Source of the DNA: an uncultured Arcobacter sp.
Lineage (GTDB): Bacteria > Campylobacterota > Campylobacteria > Campylobacterales > Arcobacteraceae
Assembly (NCBI GenBank): GCA_964480765.1
Contig: CAYZST010000002.1
Location: 28,485-92,484, forward strand
DNA length: 64,000 nt
Reading direction: 5' to 3'
Shown: positions 8,248 through 17,408 of the stretch, piece by piece
Layout: every line of letters starts with the position of its first letter
Numbering within the stretch: position 1 is the stretch's first letter
Notes under the pieces: model-generated
Told to the model about the DNA's origin: nothing
The model's database searches: none
What the model saw: the letters and a program-made list of their open reading frames with translations, nothing else
Program-made: the position numbers and the translations under genes

Positions 8248-9480
8248 ATGACAAAAACATTTTTGGATTTTAATGTGGCAATTGAAAGGGCATTAGATAA
8301 TGCACAAGCTACAAAATACGTTGAGTTAATTAATATTGAAGACTCATTAGGAAGAGTTATTTCTAAAGATATAATTTGTGTTAAAAATCTTCCTTCATTT
8401 AATAATTCAGCAATGGATGGGTTTGCAATTAAAGCAGAAGATGCAGGGAAAACATTAAAAGTAAAAAAAGTGATTTTTGCTGGTGATAATGTGGAAGCTT
8501 GTTTAGAAGAGGGTGAGTGTTATAAGATTATGACAGGAGCAAAAGTTCCTAATGATGTTGACACTATTATTCCTATTGAAGATGTATTATCTTTAGAAGA
8601 TGACATTGTAACAATTAAAAATGATGTTAAAAAAGGTTCTTGTCTTAGATTAAAAGGTGAAGAAAAAAGAGTAGAAGATATTTTATTTAATAAAGGTGAG
8701 GTTATTACTTCAAGTAAAATTGCTGTTCTTGCTTCACAAGGGCTTACAAAGGTTCAAGTATTTAAAAGATTAGATATTGCTATTGTTTCAACAGGAGATG
8801 AAATAAAAGAGCCTTGGGAAGAAGCAAATGAAGATGAGATTTATAATTGTAACTCTTATGCTTTAATTTCATTTTTAAAAGAGAAGGGTTTTCAAGCAAC
8901 ATATACAGGAGTAGTGCCTGATAATTTAAAAGAATCAATAGAGTTTGTAAAAAGCTTATCAAGTTATGATGTAATTATTACAACAGGTGGTATTTCAATG
9001 GGGGATGCCGATTTTATTGGAAAAGCATTTTTAGAAAATGATTTAAATATTATCTTTCATGGTGTAAATATTAAACCTGGAAGACCTATTATGATGGGGA
9101 AAATGAAAAATACTTTTGTAATTTGTTTACCAGGTAATCCACTTACAGCAATGGTAAATATGCATCTTTTTGCAATACCTGTATTAAATAAAATTCAAGG
9201 TAGTAAATCTATTTATCACGATATTACATTAGCAAAAAATATTGAAGAGTTTAAAACTAAAACAGGACGTGTAAATGTTGTACTTGGAACTTGTCAAGAA
9301 GGAGAATATAAAGTAACAAGAAAGAATAAATATGGTTCAGGAATGATAACTGTTCTTGATGAAAGCAATAGTATTGTTGTCACAGAAGAATCGAAAGCTG
9401 GTATAAAAGAGGGTGAGACTGTTAAAGTGATTAAATTTAACAGTTTTTATTTAAAAAGATATACAAATATTTTTAATTAA
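8248..9480 (+). CDS. moeA: Molybdopterin molybdo/tungsto-transferase MoeA
   Basis: 410 aa with NNSAMDGFA, KIMTGA and TTGGISMGDADF motifs. Confidence 0.9.
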   Translation: MTKTFLDFNVAIERALDNAQATKYVELINIEDSLGRVISKDIICVKNLPSFNNSAMDGFAIKAEDAGKTLKVKKVIFAGDNVEACLEEGECYKIMTGAKVPNDVDTIIPIEDVLSLEDDIVTIKNDVKKGSCLRLKGEEKRVEDILFNKGEVITSSKIAVLASQGLTKVQVFKRLDIAIVSTGDEIKEPWEEANEDEIYNCNSYALISFLKEKGFQATYTGVVPDNLKESIEFVKSLSSYDVIITTGGISMGDADFIGKAFLENDLNIIFHGVNIKPGRPIMMGKMKNTFVICLPGNPLTAMVNMHLFAIPVLNKIQGSKSIYHDITLAKNIEEFKTKTGRVNVVLGTCQEGEYKVTRKNKYGSGMITVLDESNSIVVTEESKAGIKEGETVKVIKFNSFYLKRYTNIFN

Positions 9481-9505
9481 ATTTTTATGAAAAGAGAGGA
9501 TTAAG

Positions 9506-10321
9506 ATGAAAAAAACATTAGTAACATTAGGATTATCGGCTATTTTAGCATCATTTCTTATGGCAAAAGATGCTTTAATGATGGCTACAACAACTAGTAC
9601 AGATAACACTGGATTATTAGATTATTTGGCACCTAAATTTGAAAAAGATACAGGAATTAGTTTAAAATGGGTTGCAACAGGTACTGGAAAGGCATTAAAA
9701 ATGGGTGAAAATTGTGATGTAGATATTCTTTTTGTTCATGCACCTGCTTCTGAGAAAAAATTTATTGAAACAGGTTATGGAGTGGATAGACGACAAGTTA
9801 TGTATAACGATTTTATTATAATTGGACCTAAAGAAGATTCAACTGCGGTTTCAGGAAAAGAGCCAAGTGAAGCTTTACAAATAATTAAGAAAAATAGAGT
9901 TCAATTTTTTTCAAGAGGTGATAATTCTGGAACAAATAAAAAAGAGCTCTCTTTGTGGAGAGATGCAAATATTGATACTAAAGAGGCTTCTTCTTGGTAT
10001 ATTCAAACTGGACAAGGAATGTTAAGAACAATTAATATGGCTGCTGAAAAAGGTGGTTACACAATGACAGACAGGGGTACTTGGATTAAGTATATGTCTC
10101 AAAAAGGTGATTTAAATACTATGAAAGTTGTTGTTGAAGGTGATAAATCATTATTTAACCAATACTCGGTTATATCTATTAATCAAAAGAAATGTTCAAA
10201 TGTAAAACCTAAGTTAGCTAAGGAATTTACTAATTGGCTTGTTTCACCAAAAATACAAAAAGTTATTGCTGACTTTAGATTATTGGGTCAAGCACTATTT
10301 ATTCCTAACGCGACTAAATAA
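9506..10321 (+). CDS. tupA: Tungstate ABC transporter periplasmic binding protein TupA
   Basis: Signal peptide, 'ATTTSTDNTGLLDYL' (TupA TTTS motif) and 'SRGDNSGTNKKE'. Confidence 0.85.
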   Translation: MKKTLVTLGLSAILASFLMAKDALMMATTTSTDNTGLLDYLAPKFEKDTGISLKWVATGTGKALKMGENCDVDILFVHAPASEKKFIETGYGVDRRQVMYNDFIIIGPKEDSTAVSGKEPSEALQIIKKNRVQFFSRGDNSGTNKKELSLWRDANIDTKEASSWYIQTGQGMLRTINMAAEKGGYTMTDRGTWIKYMSQKGDLNTMKVVVEGDKSLFNQYSVISINQKKCSNVKPKLAKEFTNWLVSPKIQKVIADFRLLGQALFIPNATK

Positions 10322-10335
10322 GGATTAAATAAAGA

Positions 10336-11031
10336 ATGAATCTATTTACCGATGGTTTTAATGAGGCTATTGAGTTACTTGTATCTGGAAATGAATCTGT
10401 TTATTCGGCTATTAGTACTACAATAACAGTCTCTTCTTGGTCTTTATTCATAAGTTTAATAATAGGCCTTCCTCTTGGTTTTTTCTTGGGATATTATAAT
10501 TTTCCAGGAAAACCAATAGTAAGAACAGTTGTAGATACTCTATTAGCTTTACCAACCGTAGTAATTGGGCTTATAGCTTATACTATGTTATCTCAGGTTG
10601 GTCCATTTGGTAGTTTAGGTTTACTCTTTTCACAAAAAGCAATAATAATAGGACAAATAGTATTGGGATTACCTATTATTATTGCTTTAACAGCAACTCA
10701 AGTAGAGTTAGTTGATAAAAGACTTTACACTTCTTTAAAGGGTTTAGGTGCAAGTTCCAAGCAAATACTTGTTGCAACACTTATTGAGGCAAGATTTGGG
10801 CTTATGACAGCTGCAATGACAGCATATGGAAGAATTATCACAGAGATTGGTATTTCTATGATGGTAGGTGGTAATATTAAATATCACACAAGAACAGTTA
10901 CAACAGCAATTGCTTTAGAGACAGGAAAAGGAGAGTTTGTTACAGGAATAGCTTTAGGTCTTGTACTATTTGCAGTAGCTTTAGCAGTAAATATTGCTTT
11001 ATCTATATTAAAAAGGAAATGGACACAATAA
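10336..11031 (+). CDS. tupB: Tungstate ABC transporter permease TupB
   Basis: 231-aa polytopic membrane protein of the ABC permease type between tupA and the ATPase. Confidence 0.85.
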   Translation: MNLFTDGFNEAIELLVSGNESVYSAISTTITVSSWSLFISLIIGLPLGFFLGYYNFPGKPIVRTVVDTLLALPTVVIGLIAYTMLSQVGPFGSLGLLFSQKAIIIGQIVLGLPIIIALTATQVELVDKRLYTSLKGLGASSKQILVATLIEARFGLMTAAMTAYGRIITEIGISMMVGGNIKYHTRTVTTAIALETGKGEFVTGIALGLVLFAVALAVNIALSILKRKWTQ

Positions 11032-12053
11032 TGAGTAGTATTTATGAGTTGAAAAATGTTGAACAGTATTATGATGGAAGAAAAGTTCTAAGTATTGAAA
11101 AACTTGAGCTTGAAGAGAAGCAAATAATTGGTTTCTTTGGTCCAAATGGTAGTGGAAAATCAACGCTTTTTTCTCTTTTATCTTTTGTAAACAAACAAAC
11201 ATATGGAAAGATTCTTTTTTGTGGAATAGATAATAGGCATATTGAACAAGAGCTTAAAAAGAGTGTAGTAATAGTTCCTCAAAATCCATATCTATTAAAA
11301 AGAACTGTTTTTGAAAATATTGCTTATGGTTTAAAGTTAAGAAATAAAACTAAAGATTTAAAAATGAAGGTGTGTGAAGCTCTAAATTTAGTAGGTCTTG
11401 ATGAGTCATTTTCAAAAAGAAAATGGAGTCAATTATCAGGTGGTGAGGCACAAAGAGTTGCCCTTGCAGCTAGATTAATATTAAGACCAAAGGTTTTAAT
11501 ACTTGATGAACCAACGACAGGAGTTGATACAAACTCAGCACAACTAATAAAAGAGGCTATTTTAACAGCTAAACAAAGATGGAATACAACAATATTAATT
11601 TCAAGTCATGATCATAATTGGTTAAATCATATTTGTGATAGAAAGGTAGCTTTATTTCAAGGTCATTTAGTTGATAGTGGAAGTGTAAATTTACTTTTTG
11701 CACCTTGGCATAAAGATGAAAATGAGAACTTAGTAAAATTTTTCCTTGATGGACAGTATTTAGTTATTCCAAATAGTAAAGACAAAAAAAGAGATTCTGT
11801 TATTATGATTGATTCTGATAATATTGAAATATGTAGACTTGATTGTAAGAATAAAATTGTAGAAACAACATTAATTGGAATTATTAGCTCTATTTCACAG
11901 CAACACTCTATTTCACAACTTTTAGTAGAGTTTACAATTGGAGGCATTAGTTTTAATTGTAGAATTAGTAGAGAACTAATGCATGAGCAAAGGTTTCTTC
12001 CTTCTGATAGGGTTTATGTAAATATAGATGTAAGTAAGGTTTGTTGGATTTAA
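11031..12053 (+). CDS. tupC: Tungstate ABC transporter ATPase TupC with a C-terminal extension of about 110 aa (TOBE/Mop-like?)
   Basis: Walker A GPNGSGKST, signature LSGGEAQR, Walker B LILDEPT. The preferred start 11031 forms a TAATG overlap with the tupB stop; the alternative is 11019. About 110 residues follow the ABC core. Confidence 0.85.
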   Translation: MSSIYELKNVEQYYDGRKVLSIEKLELEEKQIIGFFGPNGSGKSTLFSLLSFVNKQTYGKILFCGIDNRHIEQELKKSVVIVPQNPYLLKRTVFENIAYGLKLRNKTKDLKMKVCEALNLVGLDESFSKRKWSQLSGGEAQRVALAARLILRPKVLILDEPTTGVDTNSAQLIKEAILTAKQRWNTTILISSHDHNWLNHICDRKVALFQGHLVDSGSVNLLFAPWHKDENENLVKFFLDGQYLVIPNSKDKKRDSVIMIDSDNIEICRLDCKNKIVETTLIGIISSISQQHSISQLLVEFTIGGISFNCRISRELMHEQRFLPSDRVYVNIDVSKVCWI

Positions 12054-12072
12054 TATGATAAATGGTGAAAAA

Positions 12073-12426
12073 ATGAATTTAAAAGTTAAACTCTGGATTG
12101 AGAATGAACAAAAAAAGTTAATTTTTGGTGATGGTAAAAACTTAGTTTTAGAGCATCTTGATTCTACTGGTTCTATTAATAAAACTGCAAAAGAGTTAAA
12201 TATGTCAGAAGATAATGTATTAAAGCATTTGCAAATTTTAGAGGAAAATAATAAAGAGGAGATGGTTCTTAAAGTTCAAGGATTAAAAAAAGATTCAAAA
12301 GCCTCTTATGTTCTAACAGCCCATGCTCGTGAAACTCTACAAACATACCAAATCTATCAATATGATGTAAAAAAATTTGCTCAAAAAAAGTATAAAGAAC
12401 TTTTTTCTGCTTTATTTTCTAAGTAA
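12073..12426 (+). CDS. Second ModE-like HTH-only regulator
   Basis: 'MNLKVKLWIENEQKKLIFGDGKNLVLEHLDSTGSINKTAKELNMSEDNVLKHL' aligns with the 6908 gene product from its first residues, hence start 12073 rather than 12055. There is no Mop domain. Confidence 0.6.
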   Translation: MNLKVKLWIENEQKKLIFGDGKNLVLEHLDSTGSINKTAKELNMSEDNVLKHLQILEENNKEEMVLKVQGLKKDSKASYVLTAHARETLQTYQIYQYDVKKFAQKKYKELFSALFSK

Positions 12427-12616
12427 TATAAACTTTCTAATTAAAAAATTTTATTAAAAGAAAAATAAAAGAATATAATAATACTTTTCTGATACTTTTT
12501 CCATGTATAATACTAATTATGAAAAATGATTTATATGTATTTTTAACTTGCATGACAATGCACCTATTTTTTTATGTTCTATTTTCCTTAGTTTTTATAC
12601 TTTAAAAAAAGTATAT

Positions 12617-12643
12617 AAAAAAAGCCAGTTTTAACTGGCTTTT
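12617..12643. terminator. Bidirectional rho-independent terminator between convergent genes
   Basis: A7 run, GCCAG(12624-12628)/CTGGC(12635-12639) hairpin, then T4 run. It sits between the + strand gene ending at 12426 and the - strand gene ending at 12678. Confidence 0.6.
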
Positions 12644-12677
12644 AAAGATTTGAGGGCAACTCTTTTTTAAGAAAATT

Positions 12678-13652
12678 TCAGCTGTACTCTTCTGTTAATT
12701 TATCATAGAATTTAACATATTGAGTATCATTTTCATCCCTTGCTTTCATTGCAGGTCTTGGATGTTCATTTAAGTGACCGGTGATAATATAAGGTACACT
12801 TGGTCCCCAATCTAACTCTTTTTCAAGTGGAACAATGTACTCTTCTATAAATTTAAGTATAGGAGTTAATTTATATTTTGGGTTTTTTAAGAATCCAAGT
12901 AAAAGTTCCATTGCACAGTTTCCAGCACCTCTTCCAAGTCCTGAAACAGTAACATCAAGAAAACTTGTACCATAAATCATAGCTTCTAATGTATTTGCAT
13001 AAGCAAGAGTTAGATTGTTATGTGCATGAATACCTATTTTTTTCCCCACAGGTTTTGCAATATTTAGATATTTATCAGTTAGTTTATTAATTTGTTCTGG
13101 ATAAAATGAACCAAAACTATCTGCAATATAGATTACGTCAACATTTGTCTTTGCAAGTTGTTTTAGTACTTCATCTAATTCATCATCAAATGATTTTGAA
13201 ATTGCCATAATATTACATGTAGTTTCATAACCTTTTGCATGGAAATCTTCAATTAATTCAATTGCTTCTGGAAGTTGGTGGATATATGTTGCAACTCTAA
13301 TCATATCAACAACAGACTCAGATTTAGGTGGAATCTCTTCTTTTATTGTTCTTCCAACATCAGCCATTGTTGCAATTTTTAACTTAGTGTTATTTTCACC
13401 AACAATTCTTCTAATATCTGCTTCTTTACAGAAATTCCAGCAACCATACTCTTCTACACTCATAACTGTTGTAGAAACGTTTTTACCAATTTCCATATAA
13501 TCTATACCTGCTGCCACACACATTTCATAATGCGCTTTAACAAATTCATCAGTAAAATGGTAATTATTTACTAATCCTCCATCTCGAATTGTACAATCAA
13601 AAACTTTTAAATCTTCCCTAACAGAAAGTATTGATCCTTCTTTTTCTAACAT
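12678..13652 (-). CDS. HMGL-like / DRE-TIM metallolyase family aldolase (pyruvate carboxyltransferase-type domain); substrate unknown
   Basis: 'VFDCTIRDGG' N-terminal motif and 'IHAHNNL' are typical of the HMG-CoA lyase / 4-hydroxy-2-oxovalerate aldolase / IPMS superfamily. Confidence 0.7.
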   Translation of the reverse strand: MLEKEGSILSVREDLKVFDCTIRDGGLVNNYHFTDEFVKAHYEMCVAAGIDYMEIGKNVSTTVMSVEEYGCWNFCKEADIRRIVGENNTKLKIATMADVGRTIKEEIPPKSESVVDMIRVATYIHQLPEAIELIEDFHAKGYETTCNIMAISKSFDDELDEVLKQLAKTNVDVIYIADSFGSFYPEQINKLTDKYLNIAKPVGKKIGIHAHNNLTLAYANTLEAMIYGTSFLDVTVSGLGRGAGNCAMELLLGFLKNPKYKLTPILKFIEEYIVPLEKELDWGPSVPYIITGHLNEHPRPAMKARDENDTQYVKFYDKLTEEYS

Positions 13653-13799
13653 TTCTATCCTACTTTTTTAATAATTATATATTTTATTGAAAGTTAATAT
13701 AATAGCTAAAATGGTCTCAACGAAGTATTAAATAAGCTTAGAATTAATAGTTAATTTAAAAATTCATATAAATTATATTAGATTTTTCTTTTTAAATTT

Positions 13800-15044
13800 C
13801 TAGCTTTTAATTTTCTTTCCTTCAAATTTGGATGCACCAATTAATTCTACATTTGTGTTTGCAATTTCATTTAGATTTTGAGAGATTATTTTTACACTAT
13901 CAGCAATATTTGCATTTCGTTGGGTAAAGGAATCAATTTGTGAAATTGTTGAGTTTATTTGTGTTATAGAACTTTCTTGATTTTTTGAACCTATTACAAC
14001 TTCATTAATCAAGTTAGTTGTTTTATTTATATTTTCATTTAAAATATCATATCCTGATATCATTTTATCAGCTATGTCTTTACCTTCATTTGCTTTTAAA
14101 GTTGCATGTTCTACTAACTCCTTTATCTTTTTTGCAGCTATTGCACTTCTACTTGCAAGATTTCTTACTTCTTGAGCAACTACTGCAAAACCTTTCCCTG
14201 CCTCTCCTGCTGTTGCTGCTTCAACTGCTGCATTAAGTGAAAGAATATTTGTTTGAAAAGCTATTTGGTCAATTATTTCAATTGCTTCTTTTACTGCTTT
14301 TGTTGATTCATTTATTTCATTCATTGCTGTAACTGTTTGAGTAGATAAAGATAAACCTAGTTCAATCTCTTTTTTAACTTCATTTCCATATTCAGCCATT
14401 CTTGTAGCTGTTTTTGTATTGTTAGAAATAGTTGATGTTATCTCTTCAATAGCATTAGCTGTCTCTTCAAGTGATACAACTTGTTTTGAAGTTGCATCGG
14501 ATAATTCTGTAGAATCGTCTAATAAAATAGTTGATTCTTTTTGCATTGTTAGGCTTGTTTTATATGTGGAATGAAGATTTTTTACTATTTCATTTTTTAG
14601 ATAATTTATTCCTTTGGTTAGTTCTTTAAGATCGCCTCCATGAAATGTATTTTCATCTATTGTATTTAAAAAATTATGTTTTGAATATTCATTTAATATT
14701 TCATCAATTTGAGATAAAGCTTTTTCAAGTTTTGTTGACATTTTATTTATGGATTTTGAAATATAGTTAAGTTTTAAATTGGAACTTGTTTGTTTTGTAA
14801 CTTTATCTTTAGTATACCCATCTGATAGTTTTTCACTAATTAACATAATTTCACCATAAACACATATATCTTCATCATTTTTTTTCATCATTAATTGTGA
14901 AATTTCATTAATCTTTTCTATTATTTTTACGTTTGAAGAGCTTTCTTTATGGGGAATTTCATTTAAATCTCCATTTAAAAATTTTATTATATCTTCTAAT
15001 GCTATAAGAATCTCATCATTTTTTTTTAAATTATTAAAGAACAT
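13800..15044 (-). CDS. Soluble methyl-accepting chemotaxis protein
   Basis: Highly conserved MCP signalling hairpin '[40 protein letters not shown]'. No hydrophobic TM segment in the N-terminal half. Confidence 0.9.
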   Translation of the reverse strand: MFFNNLKKNDEILIALEDIIKFLNGDLNEIPHKESSSNVKIIEKINEISQLMMKKNDEDICVYGEIMLISEKLSDGYTKDKVTKQTSSNLKLNYISKSINKMSTKLEKALSQIDEILNEYSKHNFLNTIDENTFHGGDLKELTKGINYLKNEIVKNLHSTYKTSLTMQKESTILLDDSTELSDATSKQVVSLEETANAIEEITSTISNNTKTATRMAEYGNEVKKEIELGLSLSTQTVTAMNEINESTKAVKEAIEIIDQIAFQTNILSLNAAVEAATAGEAGKGFAVVAQEVRNLASRSAIAAKKIKELVEHATLKANEGKDIADKMISGYDILNENINKTTNLINEVVIGSKNQESSITQINSTISQIDSFTQRNANIADSVKIISQNLNEIANTNVELIGASKFEGKKIKS

Positions 15045-15207
15045 AATTTATCCTTCTAAAGTAATCCCATGTTGTTATATTTTTAATTTTAACATATAAG
15101 TTATAGTAATTAGTAAATATTATTTAATTTTTTTGTAAAAAAAATTATACTATTTCAACAAGTAACTATTTATGTGAGGTTTATATCACTTAAGATATAA
15201 TTCGCAA

Positions 15208-17406
15208 ATGCAAGAGATATTTAAAAAATTAGATTTATTAGATTATATTGATTCTTTTTCAAAACTGTTTTCAAGGGAAAAATCAATTGTTTTAGAAGGT
15301 GATATAAACATTCATTTTAAACTTATTAATGAGTTATCAAAGTATGATTTTAAAGAGCCACCAAAAGTTGTAAACCTTGATACCCAATTAGTACATATAC
15401 AAAAACAAGGTATTTTGAAAGTTTATGAAATATATGAATTTATTAAAATCATTAATTACTTTTTGTATCTAAAAAAATTCACTTTTGAAGGTAAACTTGG
15501 AGAATGGATTGATAAAATAATTGTTCCATCAGATATTGAAAGAGTAACTGAATTCTTTGATGCAAAATCAAATCTAAAATCAGGAATTAATGAAGATTAT
15601 GATGCAATTAAAGATGCAATTAGTAGAAATAAGCAAGAGATAAAACATAATCTTTATAAAATTATAAATAGTAGTAAAATTAGAACTTATATGGTTGATT
15701 CTCAGGTTCACTACATAAATGATGAAGAGTGTATTTTAGTTAGAGGTGGATTTAATCATGTGCTAAAAGCACAAGTTCTTCATAGATCAAATTCAGGATT
15801 TTTTTATGTTCTTCCACATAGTGTAAGTGAATTAAAACAGAAACAAAACGATTTAGTTAATAAACAAGAGGAGATATTACTTAGAATTTGTAAAGAGATT
15901 AGTTCATTATTTGAAAAAAATCTACTATTTTTAAAGTTTATCAATAAAGAATTTGATAGGTTTGATCATTATCAAGCGAGACTATTTTTTGCTAAAATTG
16001 GTGATAAAAACTTTATTTTACCATCAAAAAAAGATGTAAATAAATTGGTAGATTTTAAACATCCAGCTTTGCATGACCCAAAACCTATTTCAATTGATTT
16101 CTCAAAATCAGTTGTTATGATTACAGGAGTTAATGCAGGGGGTAAAACAATGATGTTAAAATCTATTTTAAGTGCAGTTTTACTTTCAAAATATTTACTT
16201 CCATATTTTGCTCATAAATCAACACAAATTAGTACTTTTAAAGAGATAAATGCTGTTCTAGATGACCCTCAAAGTGTAAAAAATGATATCTCTACATTTG
16301 CAGGACGTATGCTAGAATTTTCTAAGCTTTTTACATCAAAAAATGCAATTGTAGGTGTTGATGAGATTGAACTTGGAACTGATTCTGATGAGGCGGCGAG
16401 TTTATTTAAAGTAATGATTGAAGAGTTAATTCAAAAAGATATTAAGATAATTATTACAACTCACCATAAAAGATTAGCTGCACTTATGGCTTCAAATGAA
16501 AAAGTTGAATTAATAGCTGCACTTTATGATGAAGAGAATCAGCAACCAACATATGAGTTTTTACAAGGAACTATTGGGAAATCCTACGCCTTTGAGACTG
16601 CCTCAAGGTATGGAATACCTAATAAGATAATTAAAAAAGCTAAAATTGTTTATGGTGAAGACAAAGATAAATTAAATGAGCTTATTGAAAGAAGTGCCTC
16701 TTTAGAGATGGAGTATAAACAGAAAATTGAGCAGTTAAACCAAGAGATTGAAGAAAATAAAAGATTAAATAGAAATCTTAAAGAGACAAAAGAGAGTCTT
16801 GATAAGCATATTTATGAAGAGAGATTTAAGCTTCATAGAGAGTATAAAGATGCAAGGGATGAAGCAAAAAAAGCTATTAAAGCAAAAGTCGCAAAAGGAC
16901 ATCAACATTTAAATATTGCCCATGCAAAAGTAAAATCAATAAAAACTGAAAAGATACAAGAAGTAATAGAGTTTAAAGTAGGAGATAGAGTTAAATATAG
17001 AAGTTCTAAAGGGGAAATTGTTTCTATTAAAGGGAAAAAAGCTTTTATTGAAAATGAGATGGGAATGAAGCTTCAAGTTTTATTATCTGATTTACAAAGA
17101 AGTGGCAATCCTCCAAAAGTAAAGACAAAATTGAACTCTACTTTAAATGTTCAAAAACCTGATACAGGTCATGTGGTGCTTGATTTACATGGACAAAGGT
17201 CAGATGAGGCAATTGAAAATTTGGATAAATTTTTATCAGATGCTTTAATTGCAGGTTTTGATGAAGTTCTTGTTTACCATGGAATAGGAACAGGTAAATT
17301 AGCTTATGCGGTAAAGAGTTTTTTAAATAAGCATCCTAAAGTAAAATCTTATAATGATGCATATCCAGGTCAAGGTGGATTTGGAGCTAAGGTCATAAAA
17401 TTATAA
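15208..17406 (+). CDS. mutS2: Endonuclease MutS2 (MutS domain V ATPase plus C-terminal Smr domain)
   Basis: Walker A 'GVNAGGKTMMLKS', 'DEIELGTD', a coiled-coil linker, and a C-terminal Smr 'LDLHGQRSDEA…VYHGIGTGKL'. Confidence 0.9.
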   Translation: MQEIFKKLDLLDYIDSFSKLFSREKSIVLEGDINIHFKLINELSKYDFKEPPKVVNLDTQLVHIQKQGILKVYEIYEFIKIINYFLYLKKFTFEGKLGEWIDKIIVPSDIERVTEFFDAKSNLKSGINEDYDAIKDAISRNKQEIKHNLYKIINSSKIRTYMVDSQVHYINDEECILVRGGFNHVLKAQVLHRSNSGFFYVLPHSVSELKQKQNDLVNKQEEILLRICKEISSLFEKNLLFLKFINKEFDRFDHYQARLFFAKIGDKNFILPSKKDVNKLVDFKHPALHDPKPISIDFSKSVVMITGVNAGGKTMMLKSILSAVLLSKYLLPYFAHKSTQISTFKEINAVLDDPQSVKNDISTFAGRMLEFSKLFTSKNAIVGVDEIELGTDSDEAASLFKVMIEELIQKDIKIIITTHHKRLAALMASNEKVELIAALYDEENQQPTYEFLQGTIGKSYAFETASRYGIPNKIIKKAKIVYGEDKDKLNELIERSASLEMEYKQKIEQLNQEIEENKRLNRNLKETKESLDKHIYEERFKLHREYKDARDEAKKAIKAKVAKGHQHLNIAHAKVKSIKTEKIQEVIEFKVGDRVKYRSSKGEIVSIKGKKAFIENEMGMKLQVLLSDLQRSGNPPKVKTKLNSTLNVQKPDTGHVVLDLHGQRSDEAIENLDKFLSDALIAGFDEVLVYHGIGTGKLAYAVKSFLNKHPKVKSYNDAYPGQGGFGAKVIKL

Positions 17407-17408
17407 TT

